This document shows positions 60,522 to 64,000 of a stretch of 64,000 nt of DNA, piece after piece. Numbering within the stretch: the stretch's first letter is position 1; the number at the start of each line of letters is the position of its first letter. The notes below the pieces were generated by a model, which was given only the letters and a program-made list of their open reading frames with translations, was not told the origin of the DNA and did not search any database. Location of the stretch: contig CATNEN010000029.1 in the NCBI GenBank assembly GCA_950097015.1, forward strand, positions 868,001 through 932,000, read 5' to 3'. This stretch comes from Macrostomum hystrix (lineage: Eukaryota; Animalia; Platyhelminthes). Both the position numbers and the translations under genes were made by a program.

Positions 60522-63500
60522 ATGAAGCACACAGAGTCACATCAACAGGGTCCATCCTCTTCAATGAATCCTAGCAATCTGGTTAGTAACGGCCATAGCA
60601 ACGGTGCCGAATCCAAATCGCCTCTGCTTCCGCCCCCGACGCTGCCGCCTCCGCAGCGTAGGCAGAGAAAACAGCGCCAACGCAAGAGAAAACAGCAGCA
60701 GCAGCAGCAGTGTCGGGTGTGCCACAGGCGCGCCTCAGGGCATCACTACGGCGCACTGACCTGCGAGGCCTGCAAAGCTTTCTTCAAGCGTACCGTGCAC
60801 TCCTGCCTGACCTACTTCTGTCCTGTGCAACGCTCCGGCTCCAGGTGCCCTGTCAAGGTGCCCAACAAGCGGCAGTGCCCGGCCTGCCGATGGAAGCGCT
60901 GCCTAGAGGCCCACATGCAGGTTGGCGCCGCTCTCACTATTGATTTACATTTTATTTGAGTTTGGAACTGGTTGCGACGTTAATACTGCGTCGGATCATG
61001 ATTACATAACAAAAAAATATCGTGAATTATATGTCGGTCTTTCACCTGTCCTCCTGTTCTATTTGTCCTACTTTTTAATCTACGAACAGGTTAAATCCTT
61101 AGAGTCTTTGTCGATGCAGACAAATAAAAATAATAATAATTATTGATTACACCTGCCTCAATCGGGCCAGATGTGCAGCCGACAGCACAGCCGCAGCTAT
61201 TGCGCGGCGCATCTGAAGGCTGCGTACAGCTGTTCAGTCCATGGACTGGGGGGACGCCACACCCACCTTCAATTATCCCAGCTGATGCTGGTACCCATTT
61301 AACAGCTGGGTGAACTGAAGCAATGCAGAGTTAAGTGTCTTGCTAAAGGACACAAATTGTTTCAGTGGAGTCGGGAATCAGTCAGTGGAGCCGACCTTCA
61401 AGTCGTTAGTCCGACGCCCTAACCACTAGGCTACAACCTCTACAGATGCAGACAAATAGAATTGTGATGACGCGATGGATAAGGATTATAAGCCAGAGAT
61501 TACAAATTAGATTCGGTCGAAGTCTCTCATCCCGCTAAAAAATAGGGATGTTTTTTGGGTGATTCCAGTTGGAATCTGCGGTGTTTCCAGAAAAAGAAAC
61601 AGCCGAACGCTGGAAACATACCAATTGGATGATTCCATGCTTAGAATCTACCCAACTGGGCGTTTTCTCGGTGCTTCTTGGTGGCGAAATGGAATCACCC
61701 AAAGAATCCTCCAGTTCGGAAGATTCCATGCTCAGAAACCGCCGAGGAATCGCCCGTAAATAATTCTCTGGTTGTCCCATGGGCCACTGGTTCGGGTGAT
61801 TCTTCGGCGGTTTCCGCACAATTTACGGTTACATCGGCTGCTTCCTGGGTGGTTTCTTTAACTCTTGCGAGATAGGGGGGATTTTGGTAGATTCCACTCC
61901 TATTTTGCACAAAAAACCCGCCGAAGAAGCAGCCGATTTTTTTACTGGGATTTTAGATTTTTGGCCTACTACGCTCGTATTATCTTTTTCGAATATCAAG
62001 TGTTTTGTACTGATAATGCCGTGATAAAAATAACCAATTTCCACATTCCTATTCCGTACAGGTGCGCCTAGTTCGTTCCTCGTCGCCTGTTCAACAGTCC
62101 GCTGAGCACCAGCAACAAAAGCAGCAAGAGCAGCAGAAGCAATCGCCATCAACTATTCCAAAGGTGAGCTTTGCATTAATATATATTCCAATCAATAGTT
62201 ATTAACAGTGTTGGGTATAGGTAATACGCTCGTACTTATAGTTTAAATTAGGCAGTAGCCCATTAATTGGAAGTTCTGATGTAAGGTTAGGAGCTCGTGG
62301 ATAGTGGTGTTGGCCACCAGTCCATGGACTAAACAGCTGTACACAGCCTTAGCTGCGACTATGCCACTGGCAATCGCCAGATTAAAATGACGGATTAGCT
62401 AGATGCCAGTAAAAATGTACTGTTGTGCTTAAATCTTTGCACTTTGTGTTAAAAGTTGTTTTCTACTTTACTAAGCGCCTTGTAACACTGCCAGCTATCA
62501 TTAATCAATGCTGTGGAATCCGCAGCAGCAGCAGCAGCAGTCAACCTCCTCGTCGTCGCGGGCGTCAGCAGCTGCTGGCGGCGTTGTCGCTCGCGAGCCG
62601 CCGGCTTACATTGTCCGCCTGCTAGCCGAGACAGCCGACTGCGAGACCAAAGCAGCACTAGCCGTCGCCGCCGCGTCCGAGGCCGGGCTTAACAGAGAAA
62701 TAGTTCAACAATTGCGCTGCACCTGCAGCGATCATCAGGTCCCGGACATCGACTTGTCCGACGCTAGCCTGGCCGGCATCACCAGCCAGTCGGAGCGGCA
62801 CGCCATCCTGCTTGGCATCTGCTTCAACCGGCTGGCTAACGATCTGGTTGCATTTGCCAAGCATTTAAATGGCTTCGCTGAGCTGCCGATGCCGGATCGG
62901 GTCCAGATGCTGCAGGTGCGCTGGCTGAACCTTGTGGCTTGGCAGGTAAATCATTTCGTTGCAGTTTCTTTCTTATTTGTTATTTGCTTTAACACTTGCA
63001 TTTATATCTATCTTTCTACTTGTGCACTTTCGCACTTTGTACTTTTAAACCTTGTGCTAGGGGGCTTTTGTACTTTAGTTTTGTACTTTTTACTAATGTA
63101 GCAAACCATGCTACCGTCTGTGGTCCAGGCTCCTGTTCTAATCCTTCGCCTCCCGCCCTCTCCGATCCGCCGGCATAGATTGCCTACCAGTCTTTTCCCT
63201 ACGACGGCCACCTGAAGCTGTGCCGCAATTTCTGGATCCGCGAAGACGCTGCCTCACTGTTCGCCGGCCGAATACCCGTGCGCAGCGGCGGCCTCCTGCG
63301 CTGCCTGGCCGGCCTGCTGACTCGCCTCGGCCTGACCGAAGCCGAATTCCTTCTATTGAAGGCAGCCTACCTGCTGGAGGCGCCGTGCTCCTATCAGTGG
63401 ATCGATCGGCCCGCCATCGATCGGCTCCAGGAGCGCTACCTGATTGAACTGCGCGCCGTCTGTCCCAGCCAGAGCCGGCGCGCCCGCCTGCTGTCGCTAG

Positions 63501-63742
63501 ACGGTCTGCTTGAAGCCATTCGCGTACTGACTGTTGGCTACTGGCTGAGGGTTATGCAACGCACGCCCTACACACCGCCGCCACTGGTCACAGAGATGCT
63601 CACTTTCTCATTAGCCAATGTGCCGCATGTGTCCTCCGACCTCACTAACAATGAGCAGCAGCAGCAGCAGCAGGACAGTGGCGCTTCAGTTTCGCAGGAC
63701 GGCGTCACTGAAGCCATAGGCTCTGTTGAGCCAGTGCTTTAA
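60522..63742 (+). CDS. ERR: Nuclear receptor, ERR (NR3B)-like, ~494 aa
   Basis: Exons: 60522-60920, 62062-62163, ~62526-62945, 63179-63742, all phase 0; the exon 3 acceptor is ambiguous within the CAG run. C4 DBD with ASGHHYG..CEACKAFFKRT. LBD FAKHLNGFAELPMPDRVQMLQVRW..AYQSFPYDGHL, EFLLLKA, AF-2-like LVTEML. Confidence 0.85.
61135..61436 (-). mobile_element. SINE family B, near full-length with (ATT)n tail, in nuclear receptor intron 1
   Basis: Minus strand starts GAGGTTGTAGCCTAGTGGTTAGGGCGTCGG (A box). CORE-like TTGTGTCCTTTAGCAAGACACTTAACTCTGCATTGCTTCAGTTCACCCAGCTGTTAAATGGGTACC. Confidence 0.82.
62295..62352 (+). mobile_element. SINE family B, short 3' fragment
   Basis: CAGTCCATGGACTAAACAGCTGTACACAGCCTT is the near reverse complement of part of the 61135 copy. 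Confidence 0.55.
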
Positions 63743-64000
63743 ATCCTCACCGACATTGTGAAGAATATCGCGCATGGATCCTCTGGTTTTTCCTCTGTTC
63801 TGACTGTGAAGATTAAATTAATTGTGCAAAGTTTGCTTGTCTAGAAGATGAACTAACTCTATCTGCAAATTGTAAGACATTATTTGCTGCGTGTCAATTA
63901 ATATAAATAATTCAATTTGTTAAAAAAGTTTGAAATTCTCGCCATTTTGAAATGATAGATTTATTTTTTCAGCTATTTCTGTTTCGTCTAATTAACAGTA

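Noticed and set aside
61520-62055. GC-moderate block with GATTCC/GGAATC motifs in receptor intron 1
   Set aside because: Probably a repeat, but I could not define convincing TIRs, TSD or coding content.

Overview
Eukaryotic, intron-rich animal DNA. GC-rich exons, AT-rich spacers and a different 16-44 bp minisatellite in many introns suggest a Macrostomum-like free-living flatworm (inference from sequence style only). Eight genes were reconstructed by hand from GT-AG sites, with exon phases checked. In order: PCYT2 (-, 10 exons), RPL18 (+), a DEG/ENaC channel (-), a TMEM196-like protein (-), a small single-LIM-like protein (-), a TCP11-like protein (-), a CD2AP/CIN85-like SH3 adaptor (-) and an ERR/NR3B-like nuclear receptor (+). 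Mobile DNA: a near-intact DD34D mariner with unusually long (~200 bp) TIRs, two non-autonomous hAT-type elements with 8-bp TSDs, a Helitron-like 5' end, a LINE fragment, two tRNA-derived SINE families and a degenerate minimal hammerhead motif. There is no CRISPR array or prokaryotic system, and most long ORFs in the ORF track are artefacts of tandem repeats. The best leads are the divergent ERR-like receptor, the long-TIR mariner, the LIM-like microprotein with expanded spacers, the hammerhead motif, the AGGCCT cluster upstream of the receptor and the intron-filling minisatellites.
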